Positions 9,505 to 20,054 of a stretch of DNA of 32,000 nt are shown here, in pieces. The first letter of the stretch is position 1. Each line of letters begins with the position of its first letter. Below the pieces are notes generated by a model. It saw only the letters and a list, made by a program, of their open reading frames with translations, was not told the origin of the DNA and searched no databases. This DNA comes from an uncultured archaeon (GTDB lineage: Archaea > Iainarchaeota > Iainarchaeia > Iainarchaeales > CSSED10-239), in the NCBI GenBank assembly GCA_964496765.1, contig CAZCAP010000002.1:66376-98375 (forward strand). The letters are read 5' to 3'. Position numbers and translations under genes: made by a program.

Positions 9505-11718
9505 TTAACTGCTTTTTTCTTCTGTGGATTTTTTAATCTTATTTTTCTTTGCGACTGGTGCTTTGGGTTTAATTACTTTTATAAGTTTTTCTTTTTTAAT
9601 TTCTTCTTTTTTCTTAATCTTTTCGTCCTTTTCTTGTGCTTTCTTTTCTTTTGCGGCTACCTTTTCTTCTCTAGCTGCTTTTCTTTCTTCTATTTCTTTT
9701 CTCATTTCTTCTTTTGTTACACAGTTTGGGTTCAAGCACATCTCAAAATTAAGCCCTCTCTTTCCAGTCATCTTTATCATTGGTGCTTTACACTCTGGGC
9801 AAGCTCTATCCAATGGAGCTGCCTTTTTATTCTGAGGAAGTGGATAGGTTGTTCTACACTTAGGAAATCCAGAACATCCAACAAATTGCTTTCCACTAGA
9901 TCCACCATATCTAATAACTAGATCCTTACCACAGTTAGGGCATTTACCAAGATATGAAGATGTGTGTATTCCACCCTTAAGTTCTTTAGCAATATCTTCT
10001 TTTTCTTTTAAAAGAATATCAACAATTGTTTTTATGATATCTCTAGTCTTGTTTACAACATCATCTTTTTTTTTCTTACCTGCAGCAACTTCATCCATCT
10101 CTATTTCTGTGTTTGCAGTAAGAGCAGGATTAGTTATCTTTTCACAATATTTATTAAGAACAGAACAAACAGCAATTGCAATATCTGTTGGAGATATACT
10201 TTTTGCTCCTTCAATATAATTTCTATCTTTAAGTTTTTGAATAATTGCTGGTCTAGTTGATTTTGTTCCTAAATTCTGTTCTTCCATTAATTTAATTAAT
10301 CCACCTTCACTGTATTGTGCAGGAGGGGTTGTTTCTTTTTTATCAAGATTCATTTCATCTATGTTAACCTCATCTCCTTTTGCAAGATTAGGAAGGATGA
10401 CTTCATTTAATTTAGAATAATAATATATTTTTTTCCAACCAGCTTCAATAATTCTTTGACCAGAAACAGAAAAAGGTTCCTTCACAGCATCAATTACTGC
10501 TGATACATTTTCAGTAACTGCTTCCTTTGAAAGTGTTGCTAAGAATCTTCTAACAATTAATTCATATATTCTTTGTGAATTTCCAGTTAACCTATCTGAA
10601 TATCCAACTGGGTGTATTGGTGGATGATCTGTTGTTTCCTTATCCCCCCTTGATGGATGTAGAGGTTTTTTAATAATCTCATCAATATATTCTTTATATG
10701 TTCTATTTGTGGATAGGTTTTTCAATATTTCTTTTAAATCTAGGCTCGGAGGATAAACTGTGTTATCTGTTCTTGGGTAACTAATTAATCCTTCTTGATA
10801 TAGGTTTTCTGCAAGAGAAGAAGCTTGGCTAGTTCCAATTCCTAGAGAGCTTGCTGCTCTAAGAAAGCTAGTTGTATTGAAAGGTGCGGGTTTAGGAATT
10901 CTCTTTTCCTGTTTATCAACAGACTTTACAATTCCTGTTTTTGCATTTTTAATTATTTCATAAATTTTATTTGCAAGATTAAGATCAAACATTTTTCCAT
11001 TTTTATGTATTCCTTCAAACTTAATCCTGTGTTTTTCAAATATTATTCTAATCACATGATACTTTTCAGGAACGAATTTTCGTCTTTCTAGTTCTCTTTC
11101 AACAATGAGATTTAAAAGTGGGGTCTGTACTCTTCCAGCAGATAAAAACATCTTACCCTTTCTATTTCCAACAACAGAAAGATATCTAGTTAATATTGCT
11201 CCCCATAGCAAATCAATCTCTTGTCTTGTAAACACAGAATATGCAAAATTAAAATCAAATTGTCTTAGGTTTGAGAATGCATCTCCGACTTCCTTATCTG
11301 TTAATGCACTAAAATATGCTCTTGAAAGCTTTGCGTTCTTGTTTTTCTTAAGTAAATAGTTATAGGCCTCTAGTCCAATGGCTTCTCCTTCCCTATCTGC
11401 ATCTGTTGCAATAATAATTTCATCAAGGTCTTTTCTTTCCTTTTCTAATTCTGAAATTATTTTTTTCTCATACCCAATATATGCGAATTTCTTATCCGCA
11501 AGTGCTTTGAGGGTATATATATTCCAATATCTGTCCTCATCAATGAAATCAACTGTATTTATGTGACCTCTGAGAGGAATAAGTAGATACTCTTTCCCAG
11601 TTGATCCCCATTTAAAGCAGGGAAACCCTTTTTCTTGGTTTGTTTCGAAATTATTTTTTGAAAGTATTGCTGCAATTCTTTTTCCTGCAATTGGTTTTTC
11701 AGAAATAATTATTTTCAT
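9505..11718 (-). CDS. topA: DNA topoisomerase, type IA
   Basis: Toprim motif IIIATDADREGEAIG, active-site GLISYPRTDN, two C-terminal Zn ribbons (CPNCGK..CSGFPKC and CPECKA..CLNPNC), and a Lys/Glu-rich tail. Confidence 0.95.
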   Translation of the reverse strand: MKIIISEKPIAGKRIAAILSKNNFETNQEKGFPCFKWGSTGKEYLLIPLRGHINTVDFIDEDRYWNIYTLKALADKKFAYIGYEKKIISELEKERKDLDEIIIATDADREGEAIGLEAYNYLLKKNKNAKLSRAYFSALTDKEVGDAFSNLRQFDFNFAYSVFTRQEIDLLWGAILTRYLSVVGNRKGKMFLSAGRVQTPLLNLIVERELERRKFVPEKYHVIRIIFEKHRIKFEGIHKNGKMFDLNLANKIYEIIKNAKTGIVKSVDKQEKRIPKPAPFNTTSFLRAASSLGIGTSQASSLAENLYQEGLISYPRTDNTVYPPSLDLKEILKNLSTNRTYKEYIDEIIKKPLHPSRGDKETTDHPPIHPVGYSDRLTGNSQRIYELIVRRFLATLSKEAVTENVSAVIDAVKEPFSVSGQRIIEAGWKKIYYYSKLNEVILPNLAKGDEVNIDEMNLDKKETTPPAQYSEGGLIKLMEEQNLGTKSTRPAIIQKLKDRNYIEGAKSISPTDIAIAVCSVLNKYCEKITNPALTANTEIEMDEVAAGKKKKDDVVNKTRDIIKTIVDILLKEKEDIAKELKGGIHTSSYLGKCPNCGKDLVIRYGGSSGKQFVGCSGFPKCRTTYPLPQNKKAAPLDRACPECKAPMIKMTGKRGLNFEMCLNPNCVTKEEMRKEIEERKAAREEKVAAKEKKAQEKDEKIKKKEEIKKEKLIKVIKPKAPVAKKNKIKKSTEEKSS

Positions 11719-11768
11719 TTTAATGTATCCATATATTTTGTTTATAACCCACTAGAAAAAGAAATAAA

Positions 11769-12239
11769 TTAGAAGGTTGTTTGTAAAATCTTACTTGGTA
11801 AGTTTTTGCTTGCCTTGTATTCTTTAATGTAGGTAAGTGTATTTACATTTGTGATTCCATCTATTGAATAAACATTATCCAATATTTTTTTAAGATTGTT
11901 TTTGTCGGTTGCAATTACCTCTGCAACAAAATTGTATTGCCCAGTAACCCCCTTGAGTGCAATTACGTCTTCCATGTCCTTTAGTTTTTTAATAATCTCG
12001 TTTTGCTTTGGAGGATCAATCATTATCAGCATTTCTATGTGTTCAGAAAATCCAATAATTGTGTAATCCACTTCTGCAAATATGGATTTAATAATTCCCT
12101 TTTGCTTTAGTCTTTCAAGGCGCTTCTTAATTGCAACATCTGTTAAATTTATTTCCTTAGCAATATTTGCAAAAGAAATTCTCCCATCTACTATTAATTT
12201 TTCAATAATGTGTTTATCTATTTTATCTATCACTTGCAT
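11769..12239 (-). CDS. Lrp/AsnC-family transcriptional regulator
   Basis: N-terminal HTH (IDKHIIEKLIVDGRISFANIAKEINLTDVAIKKRLERLKQKGIIK) followed by a RAM-like C-terminal domain. 156 aa. Confidence 0.85.
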   Translation of the reverse strand: MQVIDKIDKHIIEKLIVDGRISFANIAKEINLTDVAIKKRLERLKQKGIIKSIFAEVDYTIIGFSEHIEMLIMIDPPKQNEIIKKLKDMEDVIALKGVTGQYNFVAEVIATDKNNLKKILDNVYSIDGITNVNTLTYIKEYKASKNLPSKILQTTF

Positions 12240-12259
12240 AATAACACCCTCTAGTTTAA

Positions 12260-12976
12260 TTATAATTGACTTCTTGGTTTTAATAATCTGTATTTGTTTA
12301 GATATACTTCTGTTTTAAGTATTTCAATATATGGAATTATAAATATCACAAATACAAATATTGAAATAATTGGACCCACAATACTTCCAAATGCAATATC
12401 AATAATATATGTTATGAACATTAAAAGAAATGCAGCAACAAACAAACTAATCATAAAGAACCAATTTCTTTTCCAATATTTTGTACTAATTATTATAGAT
12501 GCGCCTATAGATTCCTTTTCCATAATAATAACCTGTGGAACAAACCAAAGCATTAGTGTTATTATTAATAAAACTAATGATATGATAATATTATTCAATA
12601 GAAATAAATTGTATAGCACTACAGATATTCCGTACATTAATAAAAAGAAAACCCAATTGAATTTAGTTAACTTAATGAAATGTGATTTAATATCCCTTGC
12701 CTGAACCCTATCACTAATCTTATAGTCTGATCCAATTCTATAAATTAAAACAGTTTGTATAAGACTGTACACAAAAATTATTACAAGACAGGATATTATT
12801 GTTAATATGATGTCTCCTGGAACCTGATCAAGAATATTATATGAAATATTAAGATTACCACCAAACACACTAAATATTGGATTTATTAAAAATAATAAAA
12901 ACAAAAATAGTACGCTTAATGAAAGAATTATTTTATAATTTTCAAAATATTTTCTAAAAGTAATTCCAATATCCAT
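12260..12976 (-). CDS. Polytopic membrane protein, unknown function
   Basis: 238-aa ORF with about 6 hydrophobic helices. I recognise no motif. Confidence 0.6.
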   Translation of the reverse strand: MDIGITFRKYFENYKIILSLSVLFLFLLFLINPIFSVFGGNLNISYNILDQVPGDIILTIISCLVIIFVYSLIQTVLIYRIGSDYKISDRVQARDIKSHFIKLTKFNWVFFLLMYGISVVLYNLFLLNNIIISLVLLIITLMLWFVPQVIIMEKESIGASIIISTKYWKRNWFFMISLFVAAFLLMFITYIIDIAFGSIVGPIISIFVFVIFIIPYIEILKTEVYLNKYRLLKPRSQL

Positions 12977-13120
12977 ACCTGACCATCTTCTTTCTATGTT
13001 TTATTCAATATATAATATAATTTGTTTTCTATATAATTAGTCTATCAAATAATTTATATACTTAACATTTTTAGGGGATATTCTTTAGTTTTCATCCCAA
13101 GGGTGTTTTTTATTGCTTTT

Positions 13121-14341
13121 TTACCCAAGAAGATAGTATTCTTTAGACCCATTTATCTTGATTTTTGCTATGTTTCCTAGCTTAATTTTTCCATTTTTAT
13201 TTGATTTTATAACAACAGGCAGATATTCCTCTGTTTTTCCAAGAAATTCGTTTTTGTTTGTGGCTTGTTCGTTGACTAGAACCTGTTTGGTTTGTCCAAC
13301 AAATATAACAGAATTGTTCCTTGCAATCTCTTTTGCAACCTTCGCAAGAATTCTAGATCTCTCCTTCTTAATTTGTCCGTGGAGATCCTTTAGGTTATTT
13401 GCTTCTATTCCTTTTCTTTTTCCAAATCTTGAAATATTAATTAATGGGGGTTTAATTTTTTTAATAAATTTTATTGTGTTTTCAAACTCTTTTTCTGTTT
13501 CTTCTGGAAAACCAACAATCACATCTGTTGCAATTGTTATTGTTGGGTGAACTTTTCTAAAATAATTAATAATGGTTTCAATTTCCTGCGTTTTATAATA
13601 TCTATTCATTTTTTTTAGTGTGTTATTATCTCCTGCTTGAATAGGGATGTGTAGGAACTTATAAATTTTTTTGTTTTTATATACTTTAGCAAGTTCTTTA
13701 TAAAATTTAATTAGATGTTGTGGGTTTGCCATTCCTAATCTTATTCTAAATTCACCAGGTATTTTAATTATTTCTTTAAGTAGATTTACTATGTTTGTCT
13801 TAATATCTAATCCATAGCAACCAGTGTCCTGGGCAGTAAGTAATATTTCTTTTGATCCGTTTTTTAGTGCAAATTTAGTTTCCTCTAGTATTTCCTTAAT
13901 TAGTTTACTTTTCAGTCTTCCTCTTGCAAATTTGACTGCGCAATAAGTGCATGCTCCAAGACAGCCGTTTGCAATAATTATTGCCTGAGTTATTTTTTTC
14001 TGAGATTTAATTTTACTTTTAGAAAAAATTAATTTTTTTAATTTTTTTACATCTTTTAACCCAAAATAGTTTGCTTTTGGGCACGTTCTTCTAAGTCCAG
14101 ATGAATCAATATCAACAAGACACCCAAACAATATAATTTTTTTATCTTTCGTTCCATTTTTTTTAAGTTCCTGCAGATATTTAATTATTTTAAACTCTGT
14201 TTGTTCTTTAACCCCGCAGGTGTTTATAAGAATAAAATCCGCAGAATTTATATTTTCTGTTAATATTGTATGATTGGTTAATTCTTCACTAGTTCTTTGA
14301 TTTAGAGTGCATCCAAATGTTTTAACAAATATAGTTTTCAT
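13121..14341 (-). CDS. Radical-SAM methylthiotransferase, MiaB-like archaeal type (MtaB/CDKAL1-like)
   Basis: N-terminal UPF0004 motif VKTFGCTLNQ, radical-SAM cluster CLGACTYC, and a C-terminal TRAM-like region. The SD GGTGGAG lies upstream. Confidence 0.9.
   Translation of the reverse strand: MKTIFVKTFGCTLNQRTSEELTNHTILTENINSADFILINTCGVKEQTEFKIIKYLQELKKNGTKDKKIILFGCLVDIDSSGLRRTCPKANYFGLKDVKKLKKLIFSKSKIKSQKKITQAIIIANGCLGACTYCAVKFARGRLKSKLIKEILEETKFALKNGSKEILLTAQDTGCYGLDIKTNIVNLLKEIIKIPGEFRIRLGMANPQHLIKFYKELAKVYKNKKIYKFLHIPIQAGDNNTLKKMNRYYKTQEIETIINYFRKVHPTITIATDVIVGFPEETEKEFENTIKFIKKIKPPLINISRFGKRKGIEANNLKDLHGQIKKERSRILAKVAKEIARNNSVIFVGQTKQVLVNEQATNKNEFLGKTEEYLPVVIKSNKNGKIKLGNIAKIKINGSKEYYLLG
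13293..13310 (-). repeat. 18-nt word copy C (exact)
   Basis: The plus strand reads TGTCCAACAAATATAACA. It lies inside the MiaB-like ORF on the sense strand and is read as S-V-I-F-V-G-Q. Confidence 0.9.
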
Positions 14342-14388
14342 AAATATACTCCACCAATTGAATAGGTGTACAATAAAATATTATGAAA

Positions 14389-14787
14389 TTATTTTTCAGA
14401 AAAAATAATTCCAAATATCCCTGCTATAATGAATTCTAAGAATGCTGAATCTAAAAGCATTTTAAAAAATTGTAATTGCATTGGCCAGGTTGGATTTAAC
14501 AACTTAATCTGCCATGCATAAAATAAGACTGCAATATAGAATGCAAATACTCCTGCAATTGCAAAAATTATTGCAATCCAATACTTATTTTTATAATTAG
14601 TATATTTTTCTATTATTGGAGTTAAATAATAAAATCCAATGAATCCAATAAGTGGAAGAAATATGTACATGGGTGTTGTGAAATAATTACTTTTCGTTAA
14701 TAGATAAATTAAACCCTGTGAAATCACAAAAGATATAATTAACCACACACTAAACCTAATAACTTTATTTCTTCTTTCTTTCTTCAT
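14389..14787 (-). CDS. Small membrane protein (about 4 TM), unknown function
   Basis: 132-aa hydrophobic ORF in a gap between supported genes, on the same strand as its neighbours. Confidence 0.55.
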   Translation of the reverse strand: MKKERRNKVIRFSVWLIISFVISQGLIYLLTKSNYFTTPMYIFLPLIGFIGFYYLTPIIEKYTNYKNKYWIAIIFAIAGVFAFYIAVLFYAWQIKLLNPTWPMQLQFFKMLLDSAFLEFIIAGIFGIIFSEK

Positions 14788-14912
14788 ATTAATTTTCCTA
14801 ATAAATGTTGATATATATAGAACAATAAAAAGTGTTATAAATATATTGGGTTATTATTTTAAGTGTAATATAGATATAATATATTGAAAATAGAACCTAG
14901 ATTGCGATATTT

Positions 14913-15902
14913 ATGACTCAAAAGAACGAAAACACCTTTCCCTGGACTGAAAAATACAGACCAAAGAGGTTAGCTGACGTGGTTGGGCAAAAACACATCC
15001 TTGAAAGATTAAAAAAGTATGTGGAGAAAAGATCAATTCCAAACATGTTGTTTTCTGGACCTCCTGGGGTTGGTAAAACTTGTTGTGCAGTTGCTCTTGC
15101 AAGAGAGTTATTTGGACCCACTTTTAATCAGGATTTTTTAGAACTTAATGCATCCGATGAACGTGGAATTGGTATAGTTAGAGGAGAAATAAAAGAATTC
15201 GCAATGACCATCCCTCTCGGAGCTGATTTTAAAATTATTTTTTTGGATGAGGCTGATGCCCTTACTGTTGATGCTCAGCAGGCACTAAGAAGAACCATGG
15301 AAAAGTATACTGGAACCGTTAGATTTATTTTAAATGCAAACTATGCATCAAAATTAATTTCTCCAATTCAAAGCAGATGTTCTTTATTTAAATTTAAACC
15401 TCTATCTAGAGAAGAGGTTTCTGATAAAATAACTGATGTAGTAAAACACGAAAATATAAAAATAGATGATGATGCAATAAATGCAATTTATGACATTTGT
15501 GAAGGAGATATGAGACTTGCTCTTAATTATCTTCAAAGTTCAGCATCAACAACTGATCACATTAAAAAAGAAACAATATATAGTGTTTCAAATGCAGCAC
15601 AACCAAAGGACATTTTAAATCTTATTGATTCTTGTCTTGCAGGTAATTTTCTTGATGCTAGAAAGCATTTAGAAACATTATTATTTGATCAGGGGCTATC
15701 GGGAGAGGACATAATTAGTCAACTATATAAAAAAATAGTTTCCTATCCTGAAGAAAAATTAAATATAAAACACAAAATACAAATAATAGATAAGATAGCA
15801 GAAATTAACTTTAGGCTAGTGGAGGGTGCAAACGATAGAATACAATTGGAAGCACTTCTAGCACAAATAATATTAATAAACCACATAAATAAGGGTGAAT
15901 AA
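14913..15902 (+). CDS. rfcS: Replication factor C small subunit
   Basis: WTEKYRP, Walker A GPPGVGKT, Walker B FLDEADAL, and sensor SRC (IQSRCSLFKF). Confidence 0.95.
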   Translation: MTQKNENTFPWTEKYRPKRLADVVGQKHILERLKKYVEKRSIPNMLFSGPPGVGKTCCAVALARELFGPTFNQDFLELNASDERGIGIVRGEIKEFAMTIPLGADFKIIFLDEADALTVDAQQALRRTMEKYTGTVRFILNANYASKLISPIQSRCSLFKFKPLSREEVSDKITDVVKHENIKIDDDAINAIYDICEGDMRLALNYLQSSASTTDHIKKETIYSVSNAAQPKDILNLIDSCLAGNFLDARKHLETLLFDQGLSGEDIISQLYKKIVSYPEEKLNIKHKIQIIDKIAEINFRLVEGANDRIQLEALLAQIILINHINKGE

Positions 15903-15904
15903 AT

Positions 15905-17668
15905 TTGCCAACATATTTAGATGAACTTGTTTCAAAATACAATAAACCAAAGGACGCAGGAACTCCAGAGGTGATCTCTGATTCCTCAAAACCAAAAACA
16001 GACTCAAATGATTTTAAAGAAAAAGTAATTTCAATTGATGCAATTTCACAAAACAAACCAGTTCAAAATATAGGTTCTATTTCACCTCCTGAAATTAAAA
16101 AAGAAGAAATAAAAGATATGAATCAACTAACTTCCATTAAAGATTTAATTTCAAAGAGTACAAGCGATGAAAATAAAATAAACAAACTGGATGATTCATC
16201 AAATTTTGATGATTATTTGTCTGGTAAAAAAACAACCCTAATAACTAAGTATGGGCAAACAGAAATTTATAGAATCGAGGGTGAACAATTATTACATTAT
16301 AAAATTCCAATTCCAAAACCAAATCCTTCTCAAAAACTTATTATAAACACATTAAAAGAAGCAACAACCAGATTGATTTCATCAGACCCCTATAAAATAA
16401 GGGATCCACTACAGAGAAGGAATATCTATTATCAAAAAATAATTGAAATTTTAGAAAACGCATCTGAAATAAATATTCCAAAGCACATGTTTGATTTTTA
16501 TGCGGATGCGGTTGTTAAAGAAATGACTGGTTATGGAATAATTGAACCACTACTTCAGGATGATAAGCTTGAAGAAGTAATGATTGTTGGACCAAAAAAA
16601 CCAGTGTATGTTTATCATTCAGAATATGGTATGCTTAGTACAAACATCGCTTTTAATACTGATGAAGAAATAGAAGAAATAATCGATAAAATCGCAAGAA
16701 CTCTTGGTCGTCAGGTTGATATTTCAAATCCAATTCTTGATGCAAGACTACCAGATGGTTCTCGTGTTAATGCAACCATCCCTCCTGCATCCATTGATGG
16801 TGCAACAGTTACAATTAGAAAATTCAGAGCAGATCCCTACACAATTGTAGATATAGTTAATAAAAAAACAGTAAATGTAGAGGTTGCTGCATTTCTATGG
16901 TCTGTTGTTGAGGGTTTTGGAGCAAAACCAGCAAACATATTAATTTCTGGAGGAACAGGTTCAGGAAAAACAACTCTATTAAATGTTTTAGCAAATTTCA
17001 TTCCTGAAAAAGATAGAATATTAACAATTGAGGACACTGCAGAATTACAATTACCATTGAAGCATCTAATTAGATTTGAAGGGAGACCACCTGGAGTTGA
17101 AGGAAAAGGTGAATTAAGTTTAGAGATATTAACTAAAAACACATTGAGAATGAGACCAGATAGAATAATTGTAGGAGAAATTCGTCATAAGGAAGCAAAC
17201 GCATTATTCACTGCAATGAACACTGGTCACGATGGATGTATGGGAACTATCCATGCAAATTCAGCAAGAGAAACACTTGTAAGAATAACCTCTCCACCAA
17301 TGAATGTGCCTATGCTTATGCTTGCAGGATTAGATTTTATAATTATTCAAAAAAGGATTGCTACACCAAAAGGCCAAGTTAGAAGAATCACTGCAATTGC
17401 AGAGGTTACCGGTGTTTTAGATAACGATCCAAAAGCTAATATTATATTTCAATGGAATCCTCAAACAGATGAGCTTGAAAGGACAGATCTCCCAATACGC
17501 TATTTTGATACAATAAAAAACTATACAAATTTATCAGATTTAGATATAAAACAAAAAATCGAATCAAGGATAAAGATTTTAAATGAGATGGTTACTAATA
17601 AAGTAAGAGACTTAACTGAAGTTTCAAAAATTATCCAAGGAAGTTATGCGAAAATCATATATAATTAA
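15905..17668 (+). CDS. Type II/IV secretion-family ATPase (PilB/FlaI/TadA/EpdL-like)
   Basis: Walker A GGTGSGKTTLLN, TIEDTAEL, RMRPDRIIVGEIR, and the His box GCMGTIHANS. TTG start 2 nt after the rfcS stop; the first in-frame ATG is at 16118. The first ~110 aa are low-complexity. Confidence 0.9.
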   Translation: MPTYLDELVSKYNKPKDAGTPEVISDSSKPKTDSNDFKEKVISIDAISQNKPVQNIGSISPPEIKKEEIKDMNQLTSIKDLISKSTSDENKINKLDDSSNFDDYLSGKKTTLITKYGQTEIYRIEGEQLLHYKIPIPKPNPSQKLIINTLKEATTRLISSDPYKIRDPLQRRNIYYQKIIEILENASEINIPKHMFDFYADAVVKEMTGYGIIEPLLQDDKLEEVMIVGPKKPVYVYHSEYGMLSTNIAFNTDEEIEEIIDKIARTLGRQVDISNPILDARLPDGSRVNATIPPASIDGATVTIRKFRADPYTIVDIVNKKTVNVEVAAFLWSVVEGFGAKPANILISGGTGSGKTTLLNVLANFIPEKDRILTIEDTAELQLPLKHLIRFEGRPPGVEGKGELSLEILTKNTLRMRPDRIIVGEIRHKEANALFTAMNTGHDGCMGTIHANSARETLVRITSPPMNVPMLMLAGLDFIIIQKRIATPKGQVRRITAIAEVTGVLDNDPKANIIFQWNPQTDELERTDLPIRYFDTIKNYTNLSDLDIKQKIESRIKILNEMVTNKVRDLTEVSKIIQGSYAKIIYN

Positions 17669-17683
17669 ATTGATTGAATTGAT

Positions 17684-18826
17684 ATGGATGACAAAAAATT
17701 AATTAGATTAAAAGAAGACACCATAAAGAGTCCAACTAAAAAGAGTAACGTAGACTTGGATGTGGTTCAAAACATTGTTAATAAGATGAAAAAGAAATCT
17801 GCTGCCCAGGGGACGGCTGGAAATGTTTCTGAAGTTCATTTGAAAGAGCTACGAGAAATAATTTCTGAAGGGAAGTTATCTAATCTTGATGCAGACACAG
17901 AATCTAAATTAGTATCTGGGAATGATTCTTCTTTAGAAAAAAGTTTAGTTAAATTTTATAAACCATTTAAAGCATTTATTAATTACATAGTGATGCTCAT
18001 TGCAAAAAATTCAATTGGTAAAAAAATATCTTTTTATTTAACATCTGCTAACATTAAAAAAACATTAGTTCAACATTTGGTTTTTTCAGTATTATTTTCT
18101 ATGTTAATTTCTGGATTTATTTCTTTATTATTAGTTTTATTATTTACCTATTATAATCCACTTCTATTGATTATAATTCCATTTGTTTTTATTGGTCTTT
18201 TAGCCATATTAATTTTAATGTTTGCATATTTGTTACCTATGCAAAAAGCGAAAATAAGAGGGGTTTTAATTGATGTTGAATTACCCTATGCTCTTCGTCA
18301 CATAGCAACAGAATTGCAAGCAGGAATTGGGTTATTTAAGGTTTTACAATCTGTTGCAAAGAATGATTATGGTGTTCTTTCTGAAGAAATGAATAGAACA
18401 ATATTAGAGATTGAAAATGGAACAGATACAAAAACCGCACTAAGACATGCTACTCTTAGAAGTCAATCTAAAAATTATAATATTGCGTTATTCCACATTG
18501 TAAGAACTCTAAACACTGGTGGTAATCTTGCAGAAACAATTAATGGGGTTGCTGATTCTGTTTCTTTTGATTTAATGGAATCTGCAAAAGTATTCGGAGA
18601 AAAAATGAATTTCTTTGGAATTATTTTTATTTTTATGGCAATCGTTATGCCTGTGTTTGCTTCGATTTTAGGTGCAATTGCAAACTCACCATTGGGTCAG
18701 GATGGGTCTCTATTCCTTCCTGGAGTGATGACACCAACTATATTGAGTTTAATTTATTTAGTTGCTTTACCAATAATATTTATATTTTTAATATTGTATA
18801 TTAAAATGATAGAACCAAAGATGTGA
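17684..18826 (+). CDS. T2SSF-domain membrane protein (PilC/FlaJ/TadB/EpdJ-like), single domain
   Basis: LPYALRHIATELQAGIGLFKVLQSVA..GTDTKTALRHA..LNTGGNLAETI flanked by TM helices. Confidence 0.8.
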   Translation: MDDKKLIRLKEDTIKSPTKKSNVDLDVVQNIVNKMKKKSAAQGTAGNVSEVHLKELREIISEGKLSNLDADTESKLVSGNDSSLEKSLVKFYKPFKAFINYIVMLIAKNSIGKKISFYLTSANIKKTLVQHLVFSVLFSMLISGFISLLLVLLFTYYNPLLLIIIPFVFIGLLAILILMFAYLLPMQKAKIRGVLIDVELPYALRHIATELQAGIGLFKVLQSVAKNDYGVLSEEMNRTILEIENGTDTKTALRHATLRSQSKNYNIALFHIVRTLNTGGNLAETINGVADSVSFDLMESAKVFGEKMNFFGIIFIFMAIVMPVFASILGAIANSPLGQDGSLFLPGVMTPTILSLIYLVALPIIFIFLILYIKMIEPKM

Positions 18827-18830
18827 TTAT

Positions 18831-19724
18831 ATGAAATTTTTAGAAAGATATCAAATATATCTTTATGGACAAAAAATAAAAATACCAGCATTATATTGGT
18901 TAGGTATAATTTTTACGTTTTCTCTTTTGCTTGGAATAGGAGGATATTTCATAGATGCAAAAATTGGATTCCTATTATTTGTAATATTATTAGATTTAGG
19001 ATATGGTATTCCCATATACCTTTATGATAGTCACATTAAACAAATAGAAAGATACTGGCCTGAAGCACTTAAACTAATTGCTGACACCATGAAAGCTGGA
19101 TCCTCATTTGATTATGCATTGAGAGAAGTTTGTGTTGCTGATTTTGGGCCCCTATCATTCGAAATAAATGAAGTTATTAGAAGAATAGAAATGGGAGATA
19201 CCACTGTTAAAGCACTTGGATTTTTATCCTATAGGGTCGAATCAAAAGTTGTTAGAAGAACAGTTACATTAATTCAGGAATCATTGAGAACTGGTGCTCC
19301 ATTAGCAGATGTTTTAGAAGAAATTGCTAATGATACAAAATACATTTATAGAATTAAAAAGGAAAGACAAACAAAAACAATGCTTCAAACAATATTTATT
19401 GTTGCTGCTGGTTCAGTTGTTGCTCCTTTCATTTTTGGATTAACAAGAGTAATTACAGAATTTTTAACAAATGTAGCAACTGACACCGGAATTGCGTCTG
19501 CTTCTGCATTGGTAGTTGCAATGCAAACCCAGGCTACAATCTTTTTACTACTTGATATTTATATTATCTTAGAGGTTCTTGCTGCTTCCGCAATGATTAG
19601 TATGATGAGAGAAGGTAAGCTAAGTCCAATGTATGTATTTTTTCCTGTAATGATAACCATTGCATACACTGTATATCTCATAGCCCAGGTTGTTTTAAGA
19701 GGAATGCTTGCAGGAATGATATGA
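18831..19724 (+). CDS. T2SSF-domain membrane protein (PilC/FlaJ/TadC/EpdK-like), single domain
   Basis: WPEALKLIADTMKAGSSFDYALREV..GDTTVKALGFL..LRTGAPLADVLEEIA flanked by TM helices. Confidence 0.8.
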   Translation: MKFLERYQIYLYGQKIKIPALYWLGIIFTFSLLLGIGGYFIDAKIGFLLFVILLDLGYGIPIYLYDSHIKQIERYWPEALKLIADTMKAGSSFDYALREVCVADFGPLSFEINEVIRRIEMGDTTVKALGFLSYRVESKVVRRTVTLIQESLRTGAPLADVLEEIANDTKYIYRIKKERQTKTMLQTIFIVAAGSVVAPFIFGLTRVITEFLTNVATDTGIASASALVVAMQTQATIFLLLDIYIILEVLAASAMISMMREGKLSPMYVFFPVMITIAYTVYLIAQVVLRGMLAGMI

Positions 19725-19734
19725 AATTTCGTAG

Positions 19735-19920
19735 ATGATGTTTATGAGAGAAAAACTTAAAAAAATTATAAAAGAAGAAAAGGCACAGGTGTCTTTGGAG
19801 TTTTTAATTATACTTGGAATTGTTGCTCTTGCTGCAGTTGCTGTTGGGTTTTATTTAAAGCAGGTATCTGCAAAGAATGTTAAAAATGCAACAAGTACAC
19901 AAGCTGATGCAATGAAGTAA
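19735..19920 (+). CDS. Short Flp-like pilin with a class III signal peptide
   Basis: Basic leader, then KA|QVSLEFLIILGIVALAAVAVGFYL. The mature part is about 44 aa and has an N-x-T sequon (NAT). Alternative ATG at 19744. Confidence 0.75.
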   Translation: MMFMREKLKKIIKEEKAQVSLEFLIILGIVALAAVAVGFYLKQVSAKNVKNATSTQADAMK

Positions 19921-20054
19921 ATCAATTAGGTTAACTTTCCTAAACAGAAATATATATAAATCTGACGTTCTTATATATAGTAAATAATTATTATATCTTG
20001 AAAAAAGATTATAATAAAAAAACTTAAAAAAACAAAATAAATAGGTGAAATAAA

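Noticed and set aside
4450-11566. Short ORFs antisense to nrdJ, the KaiC-like gene, cdc48 and topA (e.g. 4450-4725, 4728-5018, 5251-5535, 6103-6456, 7145-7396, 7598-7822, 8021-8392, 9524-9835, 9634-9921, 9962-10219, 11105-11359, 11378-11566)
   Set aside because: All lie fully inside strongly supported genes on the opposite strand and have Ser/Phe/Leu-rich shadow-frame composition.
1177-13310. The 18-nt word as a Xer dif site, or as att sites bounding an integrated island (e.g. direct copies at 1177 and 9356 next to the recombinase)
   Set aside because: The word lacks the 11-6-11 imperfect inverted-arm layout of dif sites. Five copies in 32 kb is too many for an att core. The 1177-9373 interval excludes the recombinase and includes housekeeping cdc48. 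This is kept only as a minor alternative in the finding.
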